Source: an uncultured Chloroflexia bacterium (GTDB lineage: Bacteria > Chloroflexota > Anaerolineae > CG2-30-64-16). From it: a stretch of 64,000 nt of DNA. The notes under the pieces were generated by a model, which saw only the letters and a list, made by a program, of their open reading frames with translations, did no database searches and was not told the origin of the DNA. Of the stretch, positions 51,212 to 61,654 are shown in pieces (within the stretch, counting starts at the first letter, position 1; every line of letters begins with the position of its first letter). The position numbers were made by a program, and so were the translations under genes. Where the stretch lies: assembly GCA_963810095.1 (NCBI GenBank), contig CAWEMM010000007.1:32001-96000 (forward strand), given 5' to 3'.

Positions 51212-53539
51212 CTACTGCCCCCTGCCGAGCAGGGGCAAGAAGGTGGGGAGTCCAAACCGTACGACCGCAAGTGCCTCTTCACCGCCCGGGTTCTTCACCC
51301 AGACCCCTCGGAGGCCCGGCTTAGCGCCCGGCGTCAGTACCGCAGTGAGCTCGGTGCTGCTTACGAAGGTGGTGGCGAGCGGCACATCCACGGTCACGGT
51401 GGCGCCCGGCTCGAAGTTCTCGCCTTTGATGGTCAGCGAGCCGGTCATCCCCACGGGCGCGGTCACGGACGTAATGCGCGGCATGTGCCAGCCGCCAACG
51501 GACACCTCGTCGACGTCGATTGTGGGAACGTTGTCGCCCCCCGGGTGTTGGAAAGCAAACGTCAGCACCGCGGTCTTTCCCGCCCAAGCGCTGAGATCGG
51601 CCCAGGCGTGCGACCAGATGGGACCTTGGGACCAGTTGAGCGCAAGGTCCGCCGCCGGGCCTCCCTCAGGCGTCAGGGTGACGCGCAGCAGGGCCAGCGA
51701 CCCGCCGGCGGGGTCAGTGCGGGCAAAGAAGGACAGCGTCGGCTTGTCAGAAGCTGCGGGAACTTGTACCTGCTGCCGTATGCCGTAGGTGCCTGCCGCG
51801 GGCGGGTAGATGATGCCCAGGCGAACGGCAGCGTATCCCGAATGCTGCGTACCGTTCCACACGCTCACTCCGGAGGAACCCAGCTGCTCCCAACCGGCAA
51901 GCCCGCTCTCGAAGCCGCCGTTCGTCACCGCGACGGTCTTGGGCGGCAGCGCGATGTCCACCCGGTCGGTCACGTTCCAGCCCGGCGCAACTACGTCGGG
52001 CAGCGGGCCGTAGGCAGGGTGCGAGGCGCGAAGGTAGTAGAATCCGTCGAACGCGTAGGCATCGTATCTGCCGTCCGGACCGCTGAGGAATGGGATGTCC
52101 GGGTTGGTGGACCCGAGGATGCGGACGCCCGGGATGCCGGTCTGCCGGTTGTCGAAGACCCGTCCAACGTACCGCTCGCGGTAGAACGTCGTCTGGCCCT
52201 CACCGTCCGGAGAGGCCACCCACCGCTCCCGGTTGCCCACGTTGTCGATGGCATGCACACGGAAGCTGACCGTCTGGCCCGACTGCCCGGTGAAGGGCGT
52301 CGAGGTGACGGTGGGATCGGGCAGGTATGCCGTCTCCCAGTTGACTCCGTCCCGCTTGTACTGGAGCTCGTACCGCGCGATGCCCGAACCCACGTCGGAC
52401 CCGCTCCACGAGAGCGTGATGCCGTTCATCGAGGACGCGAGCCGGGGGACCGGGTTCAATCCAGACACGGGTGCGACGAAATCGGTCTTTTGCCAATCGG
52501 GTGACATGTCTATGACAGACCCGGGAATCGTCACCGCCGCTCCAAGCGGCTCGACCGCGCGGCGCACGAGGTTGCTGCTGTCGATATACACGACCCCGTT
52601 CTGCTCGAAGTACGTGACCTCGGCCATGACGACGCTCGACCCGTCGGGCGCGTAGCCGCCCATCAGCATGTCGGTGTTGGGCCGGGTTGGCCCGTAGATG
52701 AACTCGGGGTCAGGATGTAGGACAGTGAGCCAGATACTGGCAACGTCGTTCCAACCGTCGTTGTTGTAGTCGAAGTCAAACCCGATGCGATAGCCGTCGG
52801 GCGACCAGGCGAGGTGTTGAAGGTAGCGCAGGTCGCCGGTAACGGCATGCGCGTTCGCGCCGCTGGCGTCGGCAACCCAGATTTGGCCGGTGTTGCCCGA
52901 GTAGCGGATCCAGGCAATGGAGAGCCCGTCGGGAGACCAGACAGGGCCGCCGTCGATCTCGGGACCTGCGGCAAAGGCAGCCAGCCCCGTGCCGTCGGCG
53001 TTCATCACCCAAACATTCCAGTTGCCCCCGCGATTGGACGAGAAGGCGATCCGGCGGCCATCAGGCGACCAGGATGGTTCCGTATCGTCCGCTGGGTCGC
53101 TGGTGAGCTGGCGGAGCCCGCTGCCGTCCGGGGCCATGCTGAAGATCTCCCAGTTGCCGGCGCGGTCCGAGACGAAGGCGATCCGGCCATCGGCCGGGCT
53201 TTGGCGGGGCATGTCGTCCGAGGCCGGCCCGCTGGTCAGCGGCCGCACGTCCGTGCCGTCCGGACGCATCGAGAAGATGTCCCAACTGCCGTTGCGAGCT
53301 GACGCAAACGCAATGCGCGACCAGTTGAAGAGGGCTCCCTGGTCTGCCGGCGCCGCGGCCGGCTGGGCCGGCCCTGCAGCGGGAGCCTGCCACGCCTGGT
53401 CGGGAAGCAAGGCGGGCGTACCGCTGCCCGGGCCGTAGAATCGCTTTGGCGGCGCCGGGCGCTCCGCGCCGGCGGCTGCCGGAGCCAAAAGGGCTAGCAG
53501 GCAGAAAAGGGCCAGGAGCACGCGCATCGACCTTGACAT
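51212..53539 (-). CDS. Secreted protein: TolB-like (PD40) beta-propeller, Fn3-like, carbohydrate-binding-like and IPT/TIG domains
   Basis: Signal peptide; RIAF.S.R.G.W.IF.M..DG / P.WSPDG repeats; WSGSDVGSG..F.V.A.D..GN; NGGFE; tail FLPLLGR. Confidence 0.88.
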   Translation of the reverse strand: MSRSMRVLLALFCLLALLAPAAAGAERPAPPKRFYGPGSGTPALLPDQAWQAPAAGPAQPAAAPADQGALFNWSRIAFASARNGSWDIFSMRPDGTDVRPLTSGPASDDMPRQSPADGRIAFVSDRAGNWEIFSMAPDGSGLRQLTSDPADDTEPSWSPDGRRIAFSSNRGGNWNVWVMNADGTGLAAFAAGPEIDGGPVWSPDGLSIAWIRYSGNTGQIWVADASGANAHAVTGDLRYLQHLAWSPDGYRIGFDFDYNNDGWNDVASIWLTVLHPDPEFIYGPTRPNTDMLMGGYAPDGSSVVMAEVTYFEQNGVVYIDSSNLVRRAVEPLGAAVTIPGSVIDMSPDWQKTDFVAPVSGLNPVPRLASSMNGITLSWSGSDVGSGIARYELQYKRDGVNWETAYLPDPTVTSTPFTGQSGQTVSFRVHAIDNVGNRERWVASPDGEGQTTFYRERYVGRVFDNRQTGIPGVRILGSTNPDIPFLSGPDGRYDAYAFDGFYYLRASHPAYGPLPDVVAPGWNVTDRVDIALPPKTVAVTNGGFESGLAGWEQLGSSGVSVWNGTQHSGYAAVRLGIIYPPAAGTYGIRQQVQVPAASDKPTLSFFARTDPAGGSLALLRVTLTPEGGPAADLALNWSQGPIWSHAWADLSAWAGKTAVLTFAFQHPGGDNVPTIDVDEVSVGGWHMPRITSVTAPVGMTGSLTIKGENFEPGATVTVDVPLATTFVSSTELTAVLTPGAKPGLRGVWVKNPGGEEALAVVRFGLPTFLPLLGRGQ

Positions 53540-53609
53540 GGAACCCCCGTGGGATAGATGATGGGGCCGCCGGTTCAGGAGCCCTGGCGGCGGCCGGCAA
53601 GCGTGATGA

Positions 53610-53638
53610 ATAGTACAGGAATGCACTTTATTTTGCAA
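53610..53638 (-). promoter_or_regulatory. Sigma70-like promoter for the PD40 protein gene
   Basis: On -: TTGCAA, 17-bp spacer, TACTAT, in an AT-rich patch. Confidence 0.65.
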
Positions 53639-53653
53639 GTCGACGAGTGATCT

Positions 53654-56167
53654 GTGGCGTCTGAAAACCTGAGCGAGCGAATTGCCGGGGGCATCGCGCG
53701 CGCCGCAGCCTGGTTTGCCGAGCGGGGCTGGTCGCCGTTCGAGTTTCAACGCGAGGCGTGGGCCGCGTACCTGCTCGGGGAGAGCGGGCTGATCCACGCC
53801 GCGACTGGCACGGGCAAAACGATGGCCGTCTGGTGGGGGCCGCTGCTCGAGTGGCTGGCCGAGCATCCCGATCGCAAGGCATGGCGTGCGCCCCAGGGCT
53901 TGCGGGTGCTGTGGGTCACGCCGATGCGGGCGCTTGCGGCGGACACGGAGCGGGCGCTGCGCGACGTCGTGGACGACCTCGGCTTGCCGTGGACCGTCGA
54001 GCGGCGAACCGGCGACACGGGCGGCTCCGTGAAGGCGCGGCAACTTAGGAAGCCGCCGGCAGCACTCGTCACCACGCCGGAGAGCCTGGCGTTGATGCTC
54101 TCACAGGAGGGGGCCAGGGGTTATTTCGGTGCGCTCGACCTGATCGTCGTCGACGAGTGGCACGAGCTGCTCGGGTCCAAGCGCGGGTCGCTGACCGAGC
54201 TTTGCCTGGCCCGGCTGCGCGGCTGGCGGCCCGACCTGCGGCTGTGGGGGCTGTCGGCCACGCTCGGCAACCTGGACGAGGCGCTGGCGGCGCTGGTGGG
54301 CGTCGATGAGCTGGGCTGCGCCGCGGCCGGGCCGCCTCATCCGGGCGGTCATTCCGAAGCAGGTCGTGGTCGACTCGCTGATTCCGCCGAGGGTCGACCG
54401 ATTTCCCTGGGCGGGACACCTGGGCCTTGTCATGCTGCCGCAGGTGGTCGGCGCCATCGAGGAGTCGCGCTCGACGCTGGTGTTTACGAATACGCGCAAC
54501 CAGGCGGAGAGGTGGTACCAGTCCATCCTGGAAGCGCGGCCCGACTGGGCGGGGGTCCTCGCGCTCCATCACGGCTCGCTGGCCGCAGAGACCCGAGCGT
54601 GGGTGGAGGACGGGCTGCGCGACGGGCGGCTGCTGGCGGTCGTCGCGACGGCCAGCCTCGACCTCGGCGTGGACTTTTCGCCGGTCGACCGGGTGCTGCA
54701 AATTGGCAGCCCGAAGGGAATCGGCCGGCTGCTCCAGCGGGCGGGGCGCAGCGGCCACCAGCCCGGCGCGCTGAGCCGGGTTTCGTGCGTGCCCACGAAC
54801 GCGCTGGAACTGGTGGAGGCCGCCGCGGCCCGGGATGCGGCGGAAGGCGGGCGGGTCGAGCCGCGCGAGCCGCTGGCGAAACCGCTGGACGTGCTCGTGC
54901 AGCATCTCGTCACAGTCGGGCTGGGCGGCGGCTTTGCGCCCGCAGCGCTCCTGGCCGAAGTACGGACCGCGTACGGGTACAAGGACCTGTCGGTCGAAGA
55001 GTGGCAGTGGGCGCTCGACTTCGTCGCCAACGGCGGGGGCGCGCTGGGCGCGTACCCGGAATACCGCCGGCTTGCGCTCGTCGACGGGCAGTACCGGGTG
55101 GTCGACAAGGACATCGCACAGCGGCACCGCCTTTCGATCGGCACAATCACGAGCGACCCGGTTATCGAGGTCAAGTACTTGCGCGGGCCGAGCCTGGGCT
55201 CCACGTCCGAGTCGTTCATCAGCCGGCTTAAGCCGGGCGACAGGTTCATTTTTGCGGGCACGCCGCTCGAGTTCGTGCGGGTGCACGATATGACGGCGTG
55301 GGTGCGCCGCTCGAACTCGCTGAAGGGTGCGATCCCCACGTGGACGGGCACCGGGCTGCCCATCTCGCAGGAGTTGAGCGACGCGGTCCTGGTCCGGCTG
55401 GGGGAGGCGCGGGAGGGGCGGCTGGAGGGGCCGGAAATGCAGGCGGTGGCGCCGGTGCTGCGGGTGCAGATGAAAGTCTCCACGCTGCCCGCGCCGGGCG
55501 AGCTGCTGATCGAGCGGGTCAAGACCGCGAGGGGCATCACCTCTTCTTCTACCCGTTCGCCGGTAAGTTGGTCAACGCGGGGCTGGCGGCGCTCTTCGCC
55601 TACCGCCTCAGCCGGCTACAGCCCATCACGTTCACCACGACGGCGAACGATTATGGGTTTGAGCTGCTCTCGGCGGAGAAACCAGGTTTCTCGACCCTCG
55701 GCTCGGCCGAGGCGAAACCCGGTTTCTTGTTCGCGACCGACACCCTGCTCGACGACATCCTGGCGAGCATGAATGCGGGCGAGATGGCCAAGCGCCAGTT
55801 CCGCGAAATCGCCCGGGTGGCCGGCCTGGTCTTCCAGGGGTTTCCCGGCCGGCATCACCCCGCCCGCCATCTGCAGGCGTCTAGCAGCTTGTTTTACGAG
55901 GTGTTTCAGAAGTACGACGAGGGGAACCTGCTGCTGGCCCAGGCGCAGCGTGAGGTGCTGGCGAGACAACTCGAGCAGAGCCGGCTGGCGCGCATCCTGC
56001 AGCGGCTGGCGGAGGGCGAGGTCGTGCTGAAGGACGTCGCCCGGCCGACGCCGCTGGCGTTCCCGCTGCTGGTGGAACGGATGGAGACGGCGCTCAGCTC
56101 GGAGTCGCTGCGCGAACGCATCGAGCGCATGACGGTGACACTCGAGAAATGGGCTGACGCTAGCTGA
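53654..56167 (+). CDS. Ligase-associated DEXH-box (Lhr-like) helicase; frameshifts near 54325 and 55530
   Basis: FQ..W, ATGTGKT, TPMRAL, TTPESL, DEWHE, SAT, HHGS, SLDLGVD, QRAGRSGH and FREIARVAGL. Confidence 0.92.
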
Positions 56168-56245
56168 CAGAAACCTGGTTTCTGAGCCAGCGACGCTGGC
56201 GGGTGAAACCTGGTTTCTCTCGGATGCTGTGGCAGAATAAGGATC

Positions 56246-56899
56246 ATGGACGAAGAAGAAGTCGTGGTTGCCGGCGAGGGGCTGGTGATGCTGCCCGAGC
56301 GGGCGGTGTACTGGCCGCGCGAAGGCACGCTGCTGATTGCGGACCCCCATTTCGGCAAGGCCGCCAGCTTTCGCGCGTTCGGCGTGCCTGTGCCCGAGCA
56401 GACCACAGAGGACAACCTCGCCCGCTTGGACGCCGCGCTTGCACGTTCGGGTGCGGACCGGCTGGTCGTGCTCGGCGACTTCCTGCACGCCCGCCACGGC
56501 CGCTCGCCCGAGCTTCTTGCCGCGCTGGCTCGCTGGCGAGCGGCGCACTCGGCCCTGCCGATCCTGCTGGTGCGGGGCAACCACGACGACCGGGCGGGCG
56601 ACCCGCCGGACGAGTGGGGCATCGAGTGCCAGGAAGAGCCGGTCGCCTGTCCGCCGTTCGTCTGGCGGCACGAGCCGGCCGCGTCCGTCGAGGGATACGT
56701 CCTTGCGGGGCACGTCCATCCCGCGGTTCACCTGTCCGGTCCGGGCGGGCTGGGCGCAACCCTGCCGTGTTTCTACTTCGGCCGGGAATACGGCTTGCTG
56801 CCCGCATTTGGGGACTTCACGGGAACCGGCCTGGTGCGCCCGCGCGCCGGCGACAGGGTGTTCGTGGTCGCGGACGGGACGGTCATGCGCAAGGCGTAG
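56246..56899 (+). CDS. pdeM: Ligase-associated DNA damage response metallophosphoesterase/endonuclease
   Basis: ADPHFGK, LGDFLH, GNHD, HEP, GHVHP and PAFG.FTG. Confidence 0.92.
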   Translation: MDEEEVVVAGEGLVMLPERAVYWPREGTLLIADPHFGKAASFRAFGVPVPEQTTEDNLARLDAALARSGADRLVVLGDFLHARHGRSPELLAALARWRAAHSALPILLVRGNHDDRAGDPPDEWGIECQEEPVACPPFVWRHEPAASVEGYVLAGHVHPAVHLSGPGGLGATLPCFYFGREYGLLPAFGDFTGTGLVRPRAGDRVFVVADGTVMRKA

Positions 56900-56909
56900 G
56901 GCCGGGCGC

Positions 56910-56962
56910 GAAGACCTGCCAGGTTGGCCCGGCCACGCGGTGCCGGCGGACCTGGCAGGTCT
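56910..56962. repeat. Short palindromic element between convergent genes
   Basis: AGACCTGCCAGGT ... ACCTGGCAGGTCT. Confidence 0.6.
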
Positions 56963-56975
56963 CACCCGCACCAAG

Positions 56976-59900
56976 CTACCCGCTGATCGCGGCGACCAGT
57001 TTTTCCGCCGTCTCCCGCGTCTTGGCGATTCCGATCAACACCCGCTTACCGTCGGAATGGATCGCCCAGCAGTCCTGCGGCCCCTGCCACACGCGCACGG
57101 GATTCTCCGCGAGCAGGTCGTCGGTTTGCTCCTCGTAGCCGAGTTTACTGCGCAGCGCGAGGCCGAGCAGCGCAGTGAACTCCTGCTGATCCTCGAGGGT
57201 GTCCCAATCAGCCACAACCGCGAGCCCGTAACCGCCGCCTTTGTCCTTCACCAGGGCGTAGCGGTCGCCGCCCCACCCGGTCGACGCCTGTGCGGCAAAC
57301 GTCGGGCCGATGTCAGGCTGGAGCAGCGCCCGCCACGCAATCTCGCCCATCACCTCTTCCTCGGCCAGCGTCCAGCCAGCCCCGAGTCTCTCGGCCACCT
57401 TGGGCAGCTTGACTGCCACCGGCTTCTCGTCGGCCCGGTAGCGCTCGGGATGCAGGATCTGCTCGGTTGAGGCCGGCGGCCGCACGTACAGGCCGTCAAC
57501 CTCCTTCCAGCCGCCGCGGTCGTATGCTGCGGTGACAAAGTCCTGGCCCGCTTCGTAGGGGAAAGAGAACAGCTGGCTGAGGAATGCCGGTGCGGATCTC
57601 ACGGCTTGCTCGTCCAGCTCGCCCGTCGCGTTGGAGAACATCTGCAAGCTGTCGACCAGCGCCACTTTCGACTCCGCGTACTGCGTTTCCGCCAGCGTCG
57701 CGTCACCCTCGAGCAGCGCGGTTACTGCCATGCTCGCGTCGCTGTCGGCTGCGCTCAGGTTTGGAAAGTTCTGGTCCTGCAGCGCGTGCACGTACTCGTG
57801 CGCCATCGTCAGCCGTTGAAAGCTGGTCGGCGTCTTGCCGTTCAGGACGCGCAGGTCATCGGTCCGGTTGTCATAATATCCAACGACCTGCTCGCTCGCC
57901 AAGTCGCCGGCGATCTCGTCCAGCTTCGCGTCGGGCCCGAGCACCCCTAGCAGGCGGTACAATGCTTCGCTCTGCTCGTTGTCTGTGCCGGTCTCGGCCG
58001 CCACTTCCTCCTTGTACTGGGCGGCGAACTCCTCGGGGGTGATCATCGTGACGCTAATCGGCTTGCGCACCTGCAGGCCGCGCACCTCGGCCGCGTCCTT
58101 GCCCACTTGCTCGATATCGGCCTTGGTCACCGCCTGCTCGCCCGGCGCGCCTGCGTCGATGTTGAAGCGGCTGAGCATGCCGGCCTCGCTTACGATCTGG
58201 AGTGCAACATCCTGGAGGTCTTCCAGTTCGGCCTTCAGGGTGAGGTACGGCTTCCCTTTGCCGTCTAGCCCGTTGATGGTGGCCCCCGCCACGGGCGGGT
58301 CCAGCCGCGCACCGAAGATCGCCGCCAGCCCGGCCGCAACCAGCGTCCGCGTCGCCATCATCTCCGGGGTGTCCTTCGCGCCAGACGACACGCTCAAGAC
58401 GAGGCGCCGGTCCTTGGCGCTCTTGCCAGTGATCTTCGCCGTCAGCCGCCCGTCGAGGAACTTCTGGCTGACCAGGTCCAACTGGTCGATCGCTTCCGCG
58501 TCTTTGAGCGGCCAGCCCGCCTTGAGCAGGGCCAGCATCTGTTCGGCCGCCTGGTCCTTCTCCTCGCTCATCTTTAAGTATGTTTCGTACTCTGAGACGG
58601 CCAGCTTGTACTGGCGGGTCTTGATGTACGCGAGCCCTAGATACATGTGAGAATCCGCGTTCTTGTCGCCGTCGCTGATTGCTTTCTTTAGCAGCGGAAT
58701 CGCGTCCTTCGCCCTGCCGCTTGCCAGCAGCGCCACCGCGTACCGCTGGCCGAGTGTCGGATAGCTGGAGTCGAGCTCGTATGCCGCGCCGCACGCATCT
58801 GCAGCCTCGGCGAACTTCTCCTGTGCGAGTTCGCTGAGGCAGAACCAGAAGCGCGTGCCCACATCGTCCGCCCCCAGATCGATCGCGAGGCCGAGCTCCG
58901 TCTCGGCTTCCGCATACTGGCCCGCGTCCAGGTAGCGCATCCCAGTCTCGCTCACGAAATAGGCCGGAAAGGCCGCGATGGATGCCGCCAGGCCATAAGA
59001 AGCAAGAGTGTCCTCGGTTCGCTCTGCCGTCCGCTGCGCGGATATCAGGGTCATCCAAATCTGCGGGTCATACGGGTCGAGCCCGATCGCTTTCTCTGCC
59101 TCCGCCAACGCCTTCTTGTTGTCCTCGAGGCAACTGTACGCGGTCGCGAGGTCTGCGTGCAGCGAGGCCTGGCGGGGCCTGGTTTCCAGTTCTTTCTCGA
59201 TCAGGGTCTTCGCCTCATTGCACTGGCCTGCATTGAGCTTGGTGATGATTCGCTCGGCTTGGATTCGGAAGTTGTCAGGCGAGACGGCGAGCGCACGCAG
59301 GTAGTGCGACTCCGCGGCGTCATATTTGCCCTCCTTCGCGGCCAGCAGGGCCTGCACCAGCCTGGTTTCCCACAGGTTCGGCGCGACTTTGACCGCCCGG
59401 TCCACCTTGCGATCCGCGATTTCGCTGTAGTTCGTGAAGATCGTAAGGTGAGCAACGGCGTTCAACGTGGCCGGATAGTCGGGCAGAATCTGCGCGGCCG
59501 CGTCGTACTGGACCTTCGCGCCGTCGAAGTCGCCGAGGTTTTTCAGCGCCCCGCCGAGTGCCAGGCGCCACTGTACCGACTTGGGCTCCAGCTTGATCAT
59601 TTCGTCGAGCGCGCGGCGGGCACGCACGACGTCACGCACCCGCGCATAGACGATGCCCATGGCATGGTAGGACCGGGCCAGCTTCGGGTCTAGCTTGACC
59701 GCCTTGATTGCGGCGGTCTTCGCCTTATCCCACTGTGCGTCGTCAGCATAGGCGAGCGCGAGTGCAGCCTGCGCGAAGGAATCGTCCGGGTTCAGGCTCA
59801 CCGCCTGCTCCGCGGTTTTGAGAGCCTCGACGTTGTATTGTCGCCGTTGGACGTCCGCGAGCAGGGCGAGCACCCGGCTGTCCTTGGGCGCCATGTTAGC

Positions 59901-60221
59901 CGCCTTCTCAGCGTTCTCAAGCGCATCCTTCTCGCGGCCAGGCTGAGCGGCGAACACCTGGCCCATCCAGGCATAGCTCAGGGGGTACGCGGGATCCGCG
60001 GCGATCGCGAGGCGCAGCTCGTTTTCGGCATTGGTGAATTCGCTCGCCGCAAGGAGAGCCTGAGCCTTCTCGACGTGGGCAGCCGCGGCGCTCGCCTGCG
60101 GAGCGGGAGCGGTCTCCTGAGAGGTAGACTCATTGGCGTAGACCGGTCCTGCGGGACAGGCCGGGACGAGGAGGATCAGGACAGCGATGACAGCGACGAT
60201 GGTGCGAGTGCGCGTCTTCAT
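56976..60221 (-). CDS. Secreted TPR-repeat protein with a C-terminal zincin-like metallopeptidase domain
   Basis: Signal peptide; many TPRs; RGL, VVGYYD, HEYVHALQDQ, EGDA, FPY..G, PPASTEQILHPE and GWGGD. Confidence 0.87.
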   Translation of the reverse strand: MKTRTRTIVAVIAVLILLVPACPAGPVYANESTSQETAPAPQASAAAAHVEKAQALLAASEFTNAENELRLAIAADPAYPLSYAWMGQVFAAQPGREKDALENAEKAANMAPKDSRVLALLADVQRRQYNVEALKTAEQAVSLNPDDSFAQAALALAYADDAQWDKAKTAAIKAVKLDPKLARSYHAMGIVYARVRDVVRARRALDEMIKLEPKSVQWRLALGGALKNLGDFDGAKVQYDAAAQILPDYPATLNAVAHLTIFTNYSEIADRKVDRAVKVAPNLWETRLVQALLAAKEGKYDAAESHYLRALAVSPDNFRIQAERIITKLNAGQCNEAKTLIEKELETRPRQASLHADLATAYSCLEDNKKALAEAEKAIGLDPYDPQIWMTLISAQRTAERTEDTLASYGLAASIAAFPAYFVSETGMRYLDAGQYAEAETELGLAIDLGADDVGTRFWFCLSELAQEKFAEAADACGAAYELDSSYPTLGQRYAVALLASGRAKDAIPLLKKAISDGDKNADSHMYLGLAYIKTRQYKLAVSEYETYLKMSEEKDQAAEQMLALLKAGWPLKDAEAIDQLDLVSQKFLDGRLTAKITGKSAKDRRLVLSVSSGAKDTPEMMATRTLVAAGLAAIFGARLDPPVAGATINGLDGKGKPYLTLKAELEDLQDVALQIVSEAGMLSRFNIDAGAPGEQAVTKADIEQVGKDAAEVRGLQVRKPISVTMITPEEFAAQYKEEVAAETGTDNEQSEALYRLLGVLGPDAKLDEIAGDLASEQVVGYYDNRTDDLRVLNGKTPTSFQRLTMAHEYVHALQDQNFPNLSAADSDASMAVTALLEGDATLAETQYAESKVALVDSLQMFSNATGELDEQAVRSAPAFLSQLFSFPYEAGQDFVTAAYDRGGWKEVDGLYVRPPASTEQILHPERYRADEKPVAVKLPKVAERLGAGWTLAEEEVMGEIAWRALLQPDIGPTFAAQASTGWGGDRYALVKDKGGGYGLAVVADWDTLEDQQEFTALLGLALRSKLGYEEQTDDLLAENPVRVWQGPQDCWAIHSDGKRVLIGIAKTRETAEKLVAAISG

Positions 60222-60343
60222 CGAGCGTCCTTTCTTTTGGGAGCGCGGCGGCCGGCCGCGCTCGCGGGGACCTATGTCGATTATAGCACCGGAAGCGGGC
60301 CTTCGCGCGCTGCTTGTGCTGCCTGCCCGGCCTCCTGGTCCGC

Positions 60344-61444
60344 CTAGGTGAACAGCCGCTTCAGGACCTCCCGCGGCGTGTTCTCCAGGACGTCCGTGTT
60401 GTCGCTTACCTGGTCGATGTTGCCGATCAGGCCCCGGGCAGCAAGGCGCCGGACCTCCGGGTCGCCGATCTGCTCCACGAGCGCCTCGGCGAAGCGCCCG
60501 CCGTGAATGACGTCGAAGGGCCGGCCCCAGAATTTCGATGCGACGGCGGGCAGTGGCGCCGTTAATCCAAGCGCATTGTGCTGTTCCGCCAGGAGTTCGT
60601 AGACCTTCGCGAGCGCCTCCACTCGTTCCTGCCAGCTGAATGCCCGTAGGACTCGCGACAGCGGCTCGGCGAGAGTCTGCGCAGCTCCTAACTGCATGAA
60701 CGCTGTTCCGAGCCATTTTGCGTACACCGAGTACTGTTTTTCCATCAGAAAACACAGATTCATCGCATCGCGCACCAGCCGCGCCGCGATCAGGCTGGAG
60801 CCCAGCTCGTCGCCGGCCTGGCCCGCCCGGCCCATCAGGTGCTCCTCCTGCCCGATGCGCGCCCAGCCGCTCGCCAGCATGTACAGCCACACGTCCCGGG
60901 GGTAGTACGCGAAACGCTCGCGCACCGCCTCCAACCCGGTTTCGTCATGGTAGACGGCGCCGGCGGTCAGGGTGCGGAGCCTCTGCTGGGAGAAAGAGAG
61001 CCAATCGGCGGGGGCCAAGTCCGCGTCCAGGTCGAAACCGAGGTAGTCGAGGACGTATCCCGGCACCGTGTACACCTCGACGCGGTGCTCCACAGGGCCG
61101 CTGTCAGTCGCCTGCAGCAGGCGGGTGCCGGGGTCCTCGGGCACGGGCTGCGCAAAGTTGGTGGGGTAGCCGAGGAAGGAGTGGGGGAGGCGCCAGCGGA
61201 AGAGTTCGTGCAGGCGGTCGCGCTCGGCCGCGTAGTCGTCCTCGACCAGAAACAGCATGGCCCGCGGGCCCCAGTGGTGGTCGGTCGAGACAGGCGTGTC
61301 AAACCCGAGCACTTCAGAGCCCGGTCCGATCAGGGCTGCGCTGTGGCGCAGCAGGGGGAACTCGGCATCCAGGACCGGCCGCACCGCCTCCCAATAGAAA
61401 CGGCGGCAGAGTTCGAGGCCGGGAACGAAAGAACTTGCTTCCAT
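60344..61444 (-). CDS. DUF4037 domain protein (nucleotidyltransferase-like)
   Basis: GPGSEVLGFD..STDHHWGPR, YYPRDVW, GQEE..GR and YAKW. Confidence 0.88.
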   Translation of the reverse strand: MEASSFVPGLELCRRFYWEAVRPVLDAEFPLLRHSAALIGPGSEVLGFDTPVSTDHHWGPRAMLFLVEDDYAAERDRLHELFRWRLPHSFLGYPTNFAQPVPEDPGTRLLQATDSGPVEHRVEVYTVPGYVLDYLGFDLDADLAPADWLSFSQQRLRTLTAGAVYHDETGLEAVRERFAYYPRDVWLYMLASGWARIGQEEHLMGRAGQAGDELGSSLIAARLVRDAMNLCFLMEKQYSVYAKWLGTAFMQLGAAQTLAEPLSRVLRAFSWQERVEALAKVYELLAEQHNALGLTAPLPAVASKFWGRPFDVIHGGRFAEALVEQIGDPEVRRLAARGLIGNIDQVSDNTDVLENTPREVLKRLFT

Positions 61445-61654
61445 GGGCGTAGACTCACAGCTGTCGAAGCTTTCGCCGTACGCAACGGTGCTTCCGACGA
61501 CTCCGAGCTCAACGTACCAGAACCAGCGTCTGAAGGGCGTTTCAGCGAGCGTCGCAAAGGCGTTTGATGAAGATGCTCGCGCGGCGACATCCAGCCCGTA
61601 GAGCGCGCGACTCGACCTAACAGGACCCGAGTGTCTTGGTGTCGTTCGGGGCTA

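Noticed and set aside
8696-56167. At least nine frameshifts (about 9990, 32495, 37550, 43094, 44570, 50105, 50190, 54325, 55530) read as pseudogenes or programmed frameshifts
   Set aside because: They are scattered over unrelated genes whose motifs are otherwise intact, I saw no in-frame nonsense codons, and no shared slippery motif is evident. Long-read indel errors are the likeliest cause; reads are needed to confirm.
44907-60890. Extended N-termini given by the ORF track (44907, 47976, 54043, 60890; also 4210, 24366, 27330)
   Set aside because: They overlap neighbouring genes or repeats. Downstream starts fit signal peptides, RBS or family N-termini better.
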